From Phoronis australis (taxonomy: Eukaryota; Animalia; Phoronida): 64,000 nucleotides of DNA. Each line of letters starts with the position of its first letter. The first letter of the stretch is position 1. The position numbers and the translations under genes are program-made. The stretch covers positions 512,473-576,472 of the forward strand of contig NMRA01000159.1 in NCBI GenBank assembly GCA_002633005.1, read 5' to 3'. Below the pieces are notes generated by a model. That model was not told where the DNA came from. It ran no database searches and worked only from the letters and a program-made list of their open reading frames with translations. Shown here piece after piece: positions 50,001-63,255 of the stretch.

Positions 50001-53000
50001 TTCAAATCTGGCGTATTCTTCATGACATACAGTCCTCGTCTCCATAGCAACATATGTACATTACATCCAACAGAAAATTTCTCATTTAAAACACAAGCAG
50101 ATCTCAGTTACAGGGTGTGTGCATTTTTAGCAGTGACTTGTTGACCACTCACACATGTAAGAATCAACGTGTGTCCACTGTAGGTGAACTTTTAGAGTGT
50201 CTTCGACAGTAACTGTCGTGTAAATTTGGCGAGATGACACAAAATTGTGTGAGGGGAAGACGAGCATTTCACAAGTAAACCAGAGACATTTGCAGACTAG
50301 CAAAATCGATCAGATGGCGATGCTAGAACACTGAATTATGGGAACAACCTCACCACTTCTCATACATGCGCAAAATTTTTTGCACATCTCACCAATGTGT
50401 GGCTTTACGGAACACCAGGTACGTATACAAAAACCCTGTATTCACCCATATTACGCAAGCAATACATTTCAACATTCAGCCATAATAAATACAAATATAC
50501 ATGTTCCAGGGAATCCATTCAGCTTAATGGCCACCTCTGAAGAATTGTTATTAGTTTTACTTTAATTTAAATTCCTCGCCTGTCTGTTGTATTCTGCTAT
50601 TTCAATATAACCTTGTTTCTTATTAAATCGAACAGCCTGGCCTGCCTGGGTATTAACGAAACAAATTTGGTATCTCAGACATAGTATGAGAATGTATGAG
50701 TGCCAAGACTGCACCAGAGTAACGTTATACTATTTTCAATGACTAATTATGCAGCTACAACAACCAGCAGACAATATTTTGGAAAATTGGAGTCATTCAC
50801 AAAAAAATTTACAAGTTTATGAAAAGGTTACAATTCTGACGACTATTTGAGTTTTAGACATATAGCTCCTGGTATTTGATTATAAAGTGGTTTGGTTCAC
50901 ATGAAGTTCTGCTTGCCGACATATTGGAATTTCAAATGATTTCAGTCAAGTTACTCAATGCACAAAAATTCAGCAACACCAGTAGAGAAACAGTATAGTC
51001 AACTAAAATTAGAAATTTACAAAATAATGTTACACCATCTTTGTGCATTGCAGCTGTAGAAAGAGAAGGATTTTGTTAAAGGACATACCCAGTAAACATG
51101 ATACAAAACAATGGAGAGCAGACCACAACTGACAAATGGATACCAAACAGATATCAAAACATAGCGCATATATATAAATTATCACATTTTCCTATCGAAA
51201 CCAAGTATTGAGTAAAAATATAAAAATACAATTCATCCATTTTGCCCAGGTTCTCATAGGAAGGGTTTCAATAATGCAAAAACACATGACCCACAAAACT
51301 GGGTAAAAACATTATAAATACCAAATTTGTATACAGTAACATTTGATACAAGCCAGTGTGTTGAGATCTGTTTGCAAAAACGATGCATTTCTTCGTGAAA
51401 CCAATCAACACACAAGTTCAAGAAACCAGCAAAAATTGACAAGCCGGTATCATTTGGACAAAGACAGGACCACCGTAAAACATTACACGACACTACATGG
51501 GTAAATAAGAGTGCCGCATTTGTGTTGACGCCAACGGAATCTTCACTCGCTGCACGTGCAACTGTGGCACACACAGGCCAGCCAACAGTTGTTTCAGAGA
51601 AACAAAAACAACTGTTACTGTTACTGCTGTAGGCAGCAAACCATTTTGATTCACTAAGAGGAGCCACAATCACAAACAAGAGAATTACTAAGCAAGGAAA
51701 ACAGGCAAATTCAACCCTCCCTAGGCCCCTCTTTTCATGGCGTCGGTGTTTGACTTAGTAACACGAATGTCTACTCAAAAAATTTTGAACTTCAGTGCAT
51801 TTCTTATTCCCAAATGTCAAAAGGATTTTTTGTATTGATCAACATGAATGAATTGAACATTTATTATTCGTTGAAACGTCCAGCTTGGCATCCAATCGTA
51901 ACCCTTCACCAGGTCAAAAAGCACAATGGCACTCCTTCTCCAAACTATCAACCAATAAGATGATGACATTGGTGCTAATGAATATTCATCGAATAAAAAG
52001 ACCTTAAATTCCTCCACTATGGTGTACAGTGCAACATAACAGTAAAGGATGACAATAGATAAACACTAATGTATTTAACATGATTAAGGCAACCTATAGC
52101 TATGTCTTGTTCCATCACCTGTGGGAGAAAAAAGGTGCCTCAGTTCATTTTGCAGTGAAAATCGCCTTTATTATGTTCTAGTATTGGAGAATACACGCAT
52201 GTGTCAATGCCATAGAGGTATTCTACATGCGGATAGAATTGCTGCCTTTTGAGAAAGTGGGCGCTTTGTTACTGGTCAGAAGTGATCTCTTGCTATCCCT
52301 TGAAGAACATTGACAATACAGCTATGAATTGAAAAGGAATGCTGCACGACCTTCACCTTCAAAAAAATGTTTAATCCACAACTATTGGGAAGAAAAATTG
52401 GAAAATGTGATAAAGCATCGTAAAATGCACAGCGTGTGAAATTTGATCGTCACTCTTAACAGTTTTTGTTCAGTTCAAGCTAAATCGAAAGAGAGGTAAG
52501 TTCCAACCAGTGAGAGAGTTGGATGAATACGACACTCTATTTTACAGCTACGGCACAACGCAATTTGACACAAGGCCTAAACTGTGCAAATATAAACAAC
52601 TTCCAGACAATTTTTCAGGTGTTGACAACAGTGACATCTGTGTGTTACATCACAAACCAGCAAGCACATGCAGTTCAATGTGAAGTGGTTACAAACCAGT
52701 AATAGTCCCATACATGGGTCCTGCATATTGAGAACCAGTTTTCTCTACTGAATATGCATCAAAAAGGTTCTCAAAATCCTGGACCCTCATGACTCTTGCT
52801 CACGATCAAATTATTAGAGTCCATAAGGCACATTCTTACAGCGCAATGCCAACTTCTGGTTTCTGAAACTGGGTATCAAACCAATAATCTTTTCTCATTG
52901 GCTCTCACATTTTTAGTTTTGTCGTTCCAATTTTTGTCGAAAGTGTGGCCTTGCAAGATTCAAAATTTTGAAGCCTGCGTACATTAAATTTTTTACTTGT

Positions 53001-54114
53001 ATCAATTACCCTATCTTGTAGGATAAAGTTTTGGGAAAGTTGTGCTCAACCATTTCCTGTCTTATTACACTACATGTTCTTTTCAGGCAACGAGAGACTC
53101 TTGTGGCTTTCATTAAAACTTGGTCTCACAGTTACTGCGTATAGTTCATTATATCAAGAACATGCGCCCGCTAATGTTTCGTTGATAGTCACCTGAAGCA
53201 CTATATACTGCTTTACCAGATGAAAGACAAGCTGGTAAAGTTTTAATTTAAAGCCTATCTTCAACGGTAACACCCGTAAATTTGGTTCCTAGAGTATGTT
53301 AAGAGCATCAATCTGGGCCCACTAGTGCCATAAATTTCCAAATGTAACGAACTGTTAGGCGTATTGGCTTGCTTTTGTCTACGTCACAGCCAGAATCACC
53401 TTTCAGTTGAAACAGCTTTGAATAATACCCGCACGCAATGGTGTTCTATTCAGACCCCTATTCAACATAACCTTTTGTTGTCGGTGGTGGGATCTCGCGG
53501 TGACGCAACATGGCACGAAAAGGCAGCTTCATTTATCATTTGACGGGCTTACATTTGCATGAATGAACTCGCATTTACTTATTTTACTAAAACTTTGCTA
53601 GTACTATCGGGTTAGTCCAATACATCCAAAATAACAAAATTCCGTTGAAGTTAGGCTTTAAATTTCACAATTGAGCAAAAGGTACATTGACAATACCAAT
53701 TTGACGGTCCCAGTCACAATTCTCGAATAAATAATTTCTTACAAAACTTCTTTTTACTGCAAACAGCACACTCTTGTTTATGTCGAGTCCAAGCCTGACC
53801 TTGACCCGTGGAGCAGCTTGCATAGCTGGGTCAAACTCCGATACACTCTTACCCTTGTGTATCTGCATGCATAGCTGAACAAAGTATTCCAAAAGGTGGC
53901 GTTGACCCGAGTTCAGCAAACCACGGCAAGTGGCTGTGTGTGACCGAATGTCACTTTCATTCCTAAGCATAGCTTAGTCCACAAAGGCTTCGAAGCACAC
54001 AGGATGTTGGCGGCTAACATCTTCCACTTTCCACAGCAAGATTATGCACATTACACTAGCAGAGTTTCTCACACAACTGCTCCCCAGCACAGCTTAACAA
54101 CAGAGTGCTAAGTA

Positions 54115-55004
54115 TCACGTGTTGACACTTGTCCGTCTCCGTGCAGTGTTTGGTTTTTGGCTATGATGCAAGTGTGGATACAGCACCCGCATTGTCATGA
54201 GAGCGGAGCCAATGCATGCGCAAGCGGGAGCCATAGCGCCCCCTGGCATCTGAAACATGACCGTTCCTACTGCAGCAATACCATCGTCCAGTGGCTCGAT
54301 AGCCAGAGGGTTAATTGAGTGCACATTATCCGTTCCAGTATTAGCAGCATCATGTAAATGTTTATGTGCCGATTTTGACCGACTTGTCCGACGTCTCATT
54401 CCTGCTGTCGCTGTCGGCGACAACAGGGGACTGGTCTCCTGGTCGATGATGACGAGTGCGTTGGCGAATGGACGCGAGGCCATGTGTTTCATCTCCTGTT
54501 GCCGCTGGATACGAGACTGCCTCAGGTCCATGTGCTGTTTAGCCTTCCATACAAGAACACATAGGGAGAGGAAGAGAAAGAAACAAGAGAAAAATACAGA
54601 GAAGAAGACAAACAGATCAATGTGTGGTTGATCCTGTAGGAAAAATACATGGCCCTGTGTTCTATCACTGTTATTGTCTCCGACGCCACGCAGCACCATA
54701 TAGAACCGCGCCGTCTTTAGCGGGTGGTTCTTCTCAGGCAGTGTGATGACAAGGCGATACGTGACATTGTAGACAACAAAAAAACGGTTGGGATCAAATA
54801 CGGTGACGTAGGTAGTACGTGGACCATCATGAGCCACTATCTCCTCCAGCGTGTATGCACTACTATTGGTGTCAGCACTACGCCTTCGTCGTCCCTGCTG
54901 GGCGCTGGTGTATTTAGGGTCGACAGTGACGTCGTGTCGTGATGTGGAATGGTTGGGAGTGACCACAAATGTATCTTCACTTGGTGAGAAGTAAACATCG
55001 ACTC
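54115..55004 (-). CDS. MEGF8: MEGF8 terminal coding exon (stalk, TM helix, cytoplasmic tail)
   Basis: QDQPHIDLFVFFSVFFSCFFLFLSLCVLVWKAKQ TM segment and MASRPFA motif, diagnostic of MEGF8; acceptor cctttcag; stop TGA at 54115. Confidence 0.96.
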
Positions 55005-55320
55005 CTGAAAGGCACAATATAATAGAAAAATTAATGAAAAATGAGAAAAAATTAAGAGTACTTGCATGTATCAATCAGGTAAGTGATCTTAATCTGGGAA
55101 CACGACTTATCACGAATTTTGAAATTGATGTATTATTATCTCTTGGGTTGACCTAACTCCAAAAAACAAAAATTAGTTGTGCAAGCGTCTTTATATAAAA
55201 AACAAAAATCAAGCAACTCATCACAACTTTGTCGACATTCTTGCTCACAATCCTAGCCATGCTGCAGGTTTAATATGAAGTATTTAAAATACGTATCTCA
55301 TCAAATACAAGTACGGTAGG

Positions 55321-55460
55321 AGGCAGTGTGACCTAGTGTGATAGGTGCTTGCTTTCTTTACTCCAGGTCATGAGTTCAAGTCCCACTGGGCCACACTGTT
55401 AAACCCTTGAATCAGGTTTTAAGTCCTCAGCTCCGTAACTCTATGTTTAGTTAAGCATAA
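55321..55460 (+). mobile_element. tRNA-derived SINE in the last MEGF8 intron
   Basis: A box TGACCTAGTG, B box GAGTTCAAGTCC, followed by a non-tRNA body. Confidence 0.55.
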
Positions 55461-56897
55461 AAATGGTTCAGTGCAATGGGTCCACATGATTGGCCTGCGC
55501 ACGTCTGGTGCAACATGTATCGGACTGCCACGGCAACATCCAATAGAACAAAATATATGTCTACTAACATCTTTTAAAATTTCAACCCCTTTCATTTCTG
55601 TGGATCCAGCATTTTTTCTTCCACAATCCAAATTCTTGAGAGGCAGTTGACACTGTTTTCCATGGGATAAATAATGCCAAAAGGGGGCGCATAAGCTGAT
55701 GACTTTTAAGTTAAAAAAACTGCCAACAGCTGGTGTTTTGTCTACTTTTCTTCTACAAGTATTTAGGATCAGTTGTCTAAAATTTGCTGAAATTGTCATT
55801 ACCACCGATCAAAATTTATCCCCAAAATGAACGAAGGCCAATTTTACAGATGCTGGTAGTTTTTCAAACTTAAGCATCACAGTTATTAATCATTCCCCCT
55901 AAGTGTTCAAATAAGTTAAATGTCAAAAAATCTGTGATCAGTCATGTTCTCACTTTGCCAGATCTTCTTGTGCAGTCACTCTTAAGTTAAAGATGTCATG
56001 TCTCATTAAATTGTGAATATGCAAATGATGTACTAGTTTACAAACAACCCGAGTCTTCTGGTGGGCCGGAAACCATCCGAGAACCAGTTACCATTAAATT
56101 CATTGCAATCTCTCGCGAAAATCTCGTTTTGCGAGACTATTTTTATGAAAATGAGTATGGAAATATTTCATTGTTACCCTAAAGAAACAAGGCACAGTGT
56201 TTTATTATTTGTTAATTTCCCTATCAAATAACAGATTTTTTTATAATTAATCTACATGCGTTTTTAAGTGTATCAGTGGTGGTGTCTTTTTTAAATCCGC
56301 AATTTATTTACAAATAGTTTCTATTCCCCATTACACTTGTACACACAGTTCTACATGAAGTCACTAGGTGGCACTTGCTACAAATTTAAGTGTTCACGGT
56401 TTTAATGAGACATAGCATCTTTATGAACACTAAGGTAAAACCAAAATCGTTACCACACTTGCAGAGACGTAGAGACAAGATTCATAGATTGTCCAAAGTC
56501 ACAACGAAGGCTGATCAAGGACCTTGTTCTAAAATCTGGAATTTGGTACTCTCCGCTCATTTTGCACAAGAATAATTGCCAAAATTGTTATTTTTCAATG
56601 GCCGATTACATTTGCACAAATAGCGTAATTTTTACTAAATTTTTGTTATACGACATCTACACAGGGCAAACCATGCTTGTAAGAGTCAAAAGTTTTATAA
56701 ATCTTTATTTTTGGGGAGAAATTGACAAAATAGAACATTACTACACTTGTTGGACGCATTGTGTGCTAAATAAGCGAGCCCTTACCGCACTATTGAACAA
56801 GTCTCGACATTAGGCACCGTTGCCATCAACATTTCACTCAATGTGTATATCTACAACCATCCAATCACACTGAAGCACTAACTACAGATTCACATAC

Positions 56898-57120
56898 CTC
56901 CCTTTCCCATCTCAACCATCGCCCTGATGTTCACATTCAGATACTTAGGCTGAACAGCGAAGAACAGTGTGCGGCCGTACTGGAGCCAGGGGGCCAGAAG
57001 ATGATCACACCGTTTGACAGAATTGGAGAGGAAACAGTACTCCGCGTCGACATTCATAAGACGGTAGCATTGGTGGCCATCGGTGGGCGTGCCGATGTAC
57101 GACTCACTGCAGGTGGCGCA
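56898..57120 (-). CDS. MEGF8: MEGF8 penultimate exon
   Basis: CATCSESYIGTPTDGHQCYRLMNVDAEYCF...GRTLFFAVQPKYLNVNIR; acceptor gttccag, donor G|GTATGT; phase 0/1. Missing from the ORF track. Confidence 0.93.
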
Positions 57121-58437
57121 CTGGAACAGAAATAAGAAGGCACGCTTAAGTAATGATACTTAAATGGTTGAGTTACAGCAGAAGCCAAAAGAAAACGGAC
57201 AAAATACCATTCTTGTGTCATGACATTCAATTGTGTCAGCAGATATTTTCCCGCTTAATTTTGGTTGCAAATGCAATCTCTTCTTGCAATCTCACAATGC
57301 TGTCACAATGTCTCAAAATCATTATCAGGAACTAAACCAATTATCAATTTGCAAAAATACATGCGTAGGATTTATGTTTGCCTGAAGACAGGAAAAATGT
57401 CCCAATCAACATTTTAATGCATTTTGCATGCAAGACGAGCCAAGTAAGTAATATGGCAGCTTTGATCATTATGTTTGATTTATTGGGTTGCCCATTTCCA
57501 ATATAAATAACACTATCACATATTTTAACAAATTCACCGAACAAACTGTCGCAAATTACTTCTTCAAATGTTCAATACACAGTACATGTATCAGTTGTAA
57601 GTAGTATGGCGAGGATATCGGTCGTCTGTGTACGTTGTGCACTGTAACATCAAGAGATATCATAACATATGTTTAAGAATGATTGTGTCTAAACTACAGG
57701 AATAGTGAAGAGCTTTTTCACTTCATTAGTTTTGCAGTAAATTTGCAGTCATTCCCCGGCCAACTCCGCTTGCACTCCGCCATCATGACAGGAGAATTAT
57801 GGGTCATTTTTACATTTTTCTTATAGCTTGTACTGTATGAGTAATACGTACAAATTTAAGCCAATCAGAACATCAATTTTCTAACACCCTATATATGGCA
57901 GCACTATGTTTGCTGAAAATGTCATGACCATTTCTGTGATTTAAGACGGGGATTTTTTTGTCCTTTAAAAGCTGTTCTCCCACGACCCACTCACTCACAA
58001 TACTCACCCACCCACCCGCGTTTTACTGGCATCCCATAGCACGCGGGACACTCACAGGAAACAAAGCTGAACCATGGATTTACTTCAACACTTTGCCACA
58101 CCCCAGTTTTACCTGAAGCTTGTGGTAATGTGATTATTATTTGGTACAAAACAAACTGTCCTCACACACGCCTGCCCATGTTAATTAGACATTTACCTGA
58201 AGCCCATGGTAAACCAGAGACCCCTTCGTCATATAACAACCCATACCCAGAGTCTAACACCTAACAGTTCCCACCAGATATCTACGAGTAGGCTTCACCT
58301 CATAGCATGGCGAGGAGTCCCTGGTCCCCTGGAACCCAGTACCCACACCCACCAACAATCACCAACCATTTACATGACTGTGTATACTGCACCCACAGCA
58401 CAGTACCCCCGTCTACCTAAATCAATCCTGCATTTAC

Positions 58438-58561
58438 CTGCAGTTGGTGACAAGGTAATGCATCCTCCGTGCCCTTGCAGCTAGTCTCTGTATGGTTGGA
58501 ACATACACACTCCTCTCCTGTCTTGGAATTACACTTCGCTGAGTGGCCGTTACACATGCAG
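58438..58561 (-). CDS. MEGF8: MEGF8 internal exon
   Basis: CMCNGHSAKCNSKTGEECVCSNHTETSC...PCHQLQ; acceptor ttcacag, donor CAG|GTAAAT; phase 2/0. Confidence 0.93.
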
Positions 58562-59121
58562 CTGTGAAGACAAATTATTATTACATGCAAAAAATTATAA
58601 ATCACAACTTTTGGAACTATAAAATAATTTCCCCAGTGTTTCTGCCAGGCTCCACCTACTGGGGATTGAACCCGTCTTTCAACAGACCGCGAGTGGTCAG
58701 ATTTAAGCTGCCTGACTTTTGTTCCAAGACCTTGTAGTTGTTGTTTGTGAACACCACCAGAGGGCGACAGAACTTTTGCAGGAACCAGCCAGTCATCAAT
58801 TCCAGTAGAAGGAGCCAACAGCTTGGACACGCTAGGAAATCATTTTACATGAAGTTTCAGAACTTGGGGTTGATAATTTATCACATCTAGTGGTTCACCT
58901 GGATGAATGATAATAACCATCATGAATAAACAAATTATTATTTTTACAAATTTACAGTACATGTCATAGTTATTACAAGCCATTTTTGCTGCAAACAGAT
59001 TATACAGTCCCAGTGTGACTTACTGACATTGCTAAAAGCTCGATCATGACAAATTATGAAATTTTTTCTAAAACCTGTCTCTCATTAACGTCAGCCATAG
59101 ATCCACACAGAAAGTACTTAC

Positions 59122-59273
59122 GCAGTGCAGGCATCAGTCAATTTGTCCTTTTTCTCGAGTCGGAAGTAGCCGTCGCTGCACAATCCACACGTGTCGCCCT
59201 CTGTGTTGTTTTGACAGTTGATACACACAGCCTCACTAACGGGACCGCGACTGATGTGTAGTAGGTCTTGGAT
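59122..59273 (-). CDS. MEGF8: MEGF8 internal exon
   Basis: IQDLLHISRGPVSEAVCINCQNNTEGDTCGLCSDGYFRL...ACT; acceptor cactag, donor GC|GTAAGT; phase 0/2. Confidence 0.9.
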
Positions 59274-59691
59274 CTAGTGATGCATGCACAAATGACGAGT
59301 TTATAGACAAGGTGGAGCCAAGTAGTGGGAGACATTTTGACTTGAGTTTCAATAAAGGCCACTTTTCTTCAATGTAAAAGGCATTTATTCTCATAATGAT
59401 ATTCAAATTAAACTATTGTAAGCTATTTTTCAAATGACTGTCTTGTTTTTGTCCAGTGTCTTTCCAGTATTTGAAAGAAGACTAATTTCAATTTTCTTTT
59501 TAAAAACTACCATGTTTATAGCAACTTCAGAATTTTCAGAAAAATACAGACGGTACAGGACACTTTTTTGTAAACATCAAGCAAAAAAATGGGGAAAACC
59601 CACAGGCTTGAGGGCAACTGATAGACTCTTCTATCAGTGATTAACTTCACAGGTAACAACAATCTTTGCTGTACGATTTCTAGTTTTGTTA

Positions 59692-61183
59692 CCATACTCG
59701 CCGTAATATCCGCCCCCCATGCGTTTTCAGACTTTGCTAAAATAAGCGCCCAGTCCATGAACGTGTACGTGCGAAAAATGCCTTAGCTATAGTCCTAAAA
59801 TTCTACAGTAATGTCTTCAATTTATCAATAATATCCGACAGTCCTGAAAAAAATCATTGTGCGCAGAATTTGTAGACCACGAGCCTCGTCGCTATGTCGG
59901 TATTTAGCCGTGACTATACACTTCAAACTTCCGTCCCTAAAAACGAACACAAAAATTCTGCTGATCATGCGAGGACCATTGGTCTGGCCTTTCAGAACAG
60001 AAGTAGTGTACTTGTCTACGAGATTGCTTTGTAGATATTTTCCCATTTCAACAGGAATCCAAATTTCTTTGTACACGAGAAAACCGCGAATCGAAGACTA
60101 ATAAAAAGCTTGGCCAATGTTAAAAAAGCACGTGGCTAGGAAGCGCGCACTACATACATGAACCTGTCATCGAAGACATTAGTCGGGAACTATCCATTCA
60201 TGAAACGGGTAGCATAGCATCAGAAAGAAATGAATATTGGCACTAATTTCCGACAGTTTCTAATACTTAAAAAATGTTTGCGTTATTTTTAAGATGAATT
60301 GTTTGATTAACCATAATTGGTGTTTTTAAGCCAAATATCCGATAAAATGACAACTGACAGTGAATGCTTACACACCTTTACATCGAAAAATAACTGTCAG
60401 ATAGTTACGTACGCATCCAGCCACACGGCGACTAATATGGGCCTTACCGAGACAAACGTCGAATGTTTTTAGCACATGAGACCGGCAAGTGCTGAATGAA
60501 ACACGCTCTGGTTTAGGCCTACTGCTTGTGCAAATTTCCTCAGATACAATGCACATAGCTCGTTAAATTGCGTGACTCTGGCCAAAAGACGATCTCTGCT
60601 CTGCAAAATTAAATGTGGTAACACACACACGCTCGCTTACTCACAAACGCAGACGAACTTCAAACCAAACATCACGTGACAACAACATGTGTGTTCGTCC
60701 AGATATTTTTCTCATGTTGCTGATCATACATGTAGATGGCACGATGTACTTGCACAGATTTGTACTTAAACCTGCCGTGATCCCAACTCCACGGGAACTA
60801 AAAAATCTTAGGGACGCAACTTGGAAAACTTAAGGAGGATTTCACGTAATTTGCTCGAGTCGAAACTGTATTTTTATTCAAGCATTCAAGTCGCCATATC
60901 GACAATTGCGAGGCAGTTAGTCGGCGAGTTTTCGCCCTGGGATTTCAGCACAATTTTCTGTAAAATGATCATAATTTAGCAGCAAAGTATGATAGCAATG
61001 CACCACGGTTTTGTAGAAAGTCTTTCATATATTACAGATACGTCACAAAGCGTAAATATGACGAATATAAGCTTCCCATTTCATCCGTTTCGGAGACCGG
61101 GTTTCAATGGCCTTGGGTTATAATAAGCGTCCCCCTGAAACGAACTTTTCTAAGTGCCCTGGGCGGTTATTACGGTAAGTATT
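59692..61183 (+). mobile_element. pogo/Tc1-type non-autonomous DNA element, copy 3 (uninterrupted, in a MEGF8 intron)
   Basis: TA|CCATACTCGCCGTAATA...GGGCGGTTATTACGGTAAGTA; collinear with copy 1 minus the Kolobok insert. Confidence 0.9.
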
Positions 61184-61242
61184 TTTAATGGCATTATGCT
61201 AAAACACTACAATGTCTCATTAGCGGCAACTACAGCACTCAC

Positions 61243-61419
61243 CGACTTAGCCGTTAACGTCTTTATGTCGAGGATCGTATTTAGATCAAGCACACTTTTC
61301 TCTGCCTTGCTGATGCAGATATCTGTGTGCCCATAACAAAACTCTGAGCAGTTTTTGCAGGTGCCCCCGTTGATGGGGTTTCCAATAAACATGGGCTTGC
61401 ACTCCTGACATTGGGCGCC
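61243..61419 (-). CDS. MEGF8: MEGF8 internal exon
   Basis: GAQCQECKPMFIGNPINGGTCKNCSEFCYGHTDICIS...; acceptor tttctcag, donor TCG|GTGAGT; phase 0/0. Confidence 0.93.
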
Positions 61420-62260
61420 CTGAGAAACAAAGAAAGGGTTTAAGAAATCAGCTTAGTAAAAGACATTTTGGTAGAAGGAACTGTTACAGATAATGGTTGT
61501 AAAAATTTTTGCTTTAGATGACAAGAACATTCGGGGGTCTTGATTGGAAAAAAGATAATTACATGCAGATTTATTGATAAAATCAACCAATCAGATGACT
61601 GGGAAGAGAGATATGGTTGACAGGACCTGTTAGAGACAAAATCATTTGAGAGCCTTGATTGGTGGAAGACCGACACGAGATAAAGCAATGCAAGAAAGTG
61701 GCAGTATAGCCATGTAAGATTACAAGTTCAAACCCCACCACTAGACAGGAGGAGTGTCCAGTGCATCAATGACGCCTAATAATTTCATTGATGCACTAAA
61801 ACTGTCATAATTCCGCCTCTTTTTGTCTTAAATAATACTCGTAGCTCACTCTAATACAACCACAGCTGATCAAAACAACTATTTTGCGATATGAGGTTTA
61901 GCATATTGTGAAAATAAAGATCTCAACTACAGACTTGTGTGTTTACTTTGTCATGAATTAATGCAGTTAGCTGACCAAATAGTAATTGCGTAATGTTCCA
62001 TATTTAAATGCCAACATCAGAAAACTTAATCGAAAAAGGGCTTACATCTGACTATATGTGATGCAGAGGTCTTAAAAGTTGGCCCATAAACCTCAGGCCA
62101 CGTGGGTCAATTGACTCAATGCCACACTTTTCTAAAATGACCTTTATTAGACCACACTGCTGGACTGTTGACTCAAGTCTCTTCCTCTACATTTTTGGGT
62201 AACTATGGGAGACTAGAGCAAGTGACCTCTGACCTCTTGCATGTTCGACCTTTGACCCAC

Positions 62261-62447
62261 CTGCGTATTGTTGTGACACTTGATGCAAATATCCAGGTGG
62301 GTGTCACTTAGACACCTGCTGTGTTTGTTGCACTGGCACTCCACAGAGCAGTTGATGCCAACCCAACCAAAGTGGCAGTCACACTTGTCTGGCAAGGAAC
62401 AGTTACCATGCACACAGCCCTGCGTACACTCGGGAACACACAGGCCA
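62261..62447 (-). CDS. MEGF8: MEGF8 internal exon (EGF / laminin-EGF)
   Basis: GLCVPECTQGCVHGNCSLPDKCDCHFGWVGINCSVECQCNKHSRC...CIKCHNNTQ; acceptor tctccag, donor CAG|GTGGGT; phase 2/0. The gene continues upstream (higher coordinates). Confidence 0.93.
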
Positions 62448-63104
62448 CTGGAGATAGATAAATTAATACATTACATTTTGACAAGGGTATCCAACTCTAG
62501 TGACAAAACAATGACATGAAAAGAACCAAAATGACTTCTATTATATTATTTTGAAAACTGCAACAGTATTTTGAGGTTCAGAAGAAATTTGGCCTTAATG
62601 TTAATAGGCCTACTTCTGCAGTGCAGTAAAAATGCACGATTTAAAAGCTCGTTTTTTTCTTAGATTTCACTTATTAGAAACATGGGCACATGAATCACAC
62701 AATGGACGATTGCTGGACAGTTTAAAAGCTCTAGAACCTGTATACTTCACATAAACACTCTGCAATTCAACACACAACCTGATGGACCTGTGGACTGTCA
62801 TTTTGTTCACCTTTTCAGCAGAAATTAACATTGAAAAAAGTTAACTTCACCCGAAGCATTTTTGAACAGAACAAAGCTTTGCTAAAACTGGATATTTTAA
62901 CAATGTTAAAAGCCTTATAAATTCGAAAAGGCATACTTTTTGTGTTTGATTTTGAACACAATTATGAGCGATAAGCATAATTTCTAAACCACCAGACATA
63001 ATGTAAGATAAATTACGTAACTTTGCAGTTACTTGGTAAGTACAGACTTCTTATGAGGTCACATGACTTGCGTTACATCATTTCCCACTCAACTCTGACT
63101 GTTA

Positions 63105-63255
63105 CACATAAACATGAACATGAACCTATATGAACATGAACGTGTATATGAGTGTATATGACCAACGTGTCTATGAACATGAACACATATGAACAACGTG
63201 TATATGAACATGAATATTTATATGAACATGAGCATCATACATATGAACATGAACA
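63105..63255. repeat. ATGAAC-rich minisatellite
   Basis: Repeated TATGAACATGAAC units. Confidence 0.9.

Noticed and set aside
54257-54942. Plus-strand ORFs overlapping MEGF8 (and shadow ORFs over RNF26)
   Set aside because: Antisense or frame-shifted shadows of real coding exons.
36250-60101. Recurrent short ORFs (MDWALILAKSENAWGA, RRICRPRAS) as a gene family
   Set aside because: They recur only because they lie in copies of the same non-coding pogo-type element; frames are not conserved between copies.
43440-61740. Functional tRNA genes (43440, 55321, ~58660 minus, ~61700)
   Set aside because: Only degenerate A/B boxes, with no acceptor stem or anticodon arm; treated as SINE heads.
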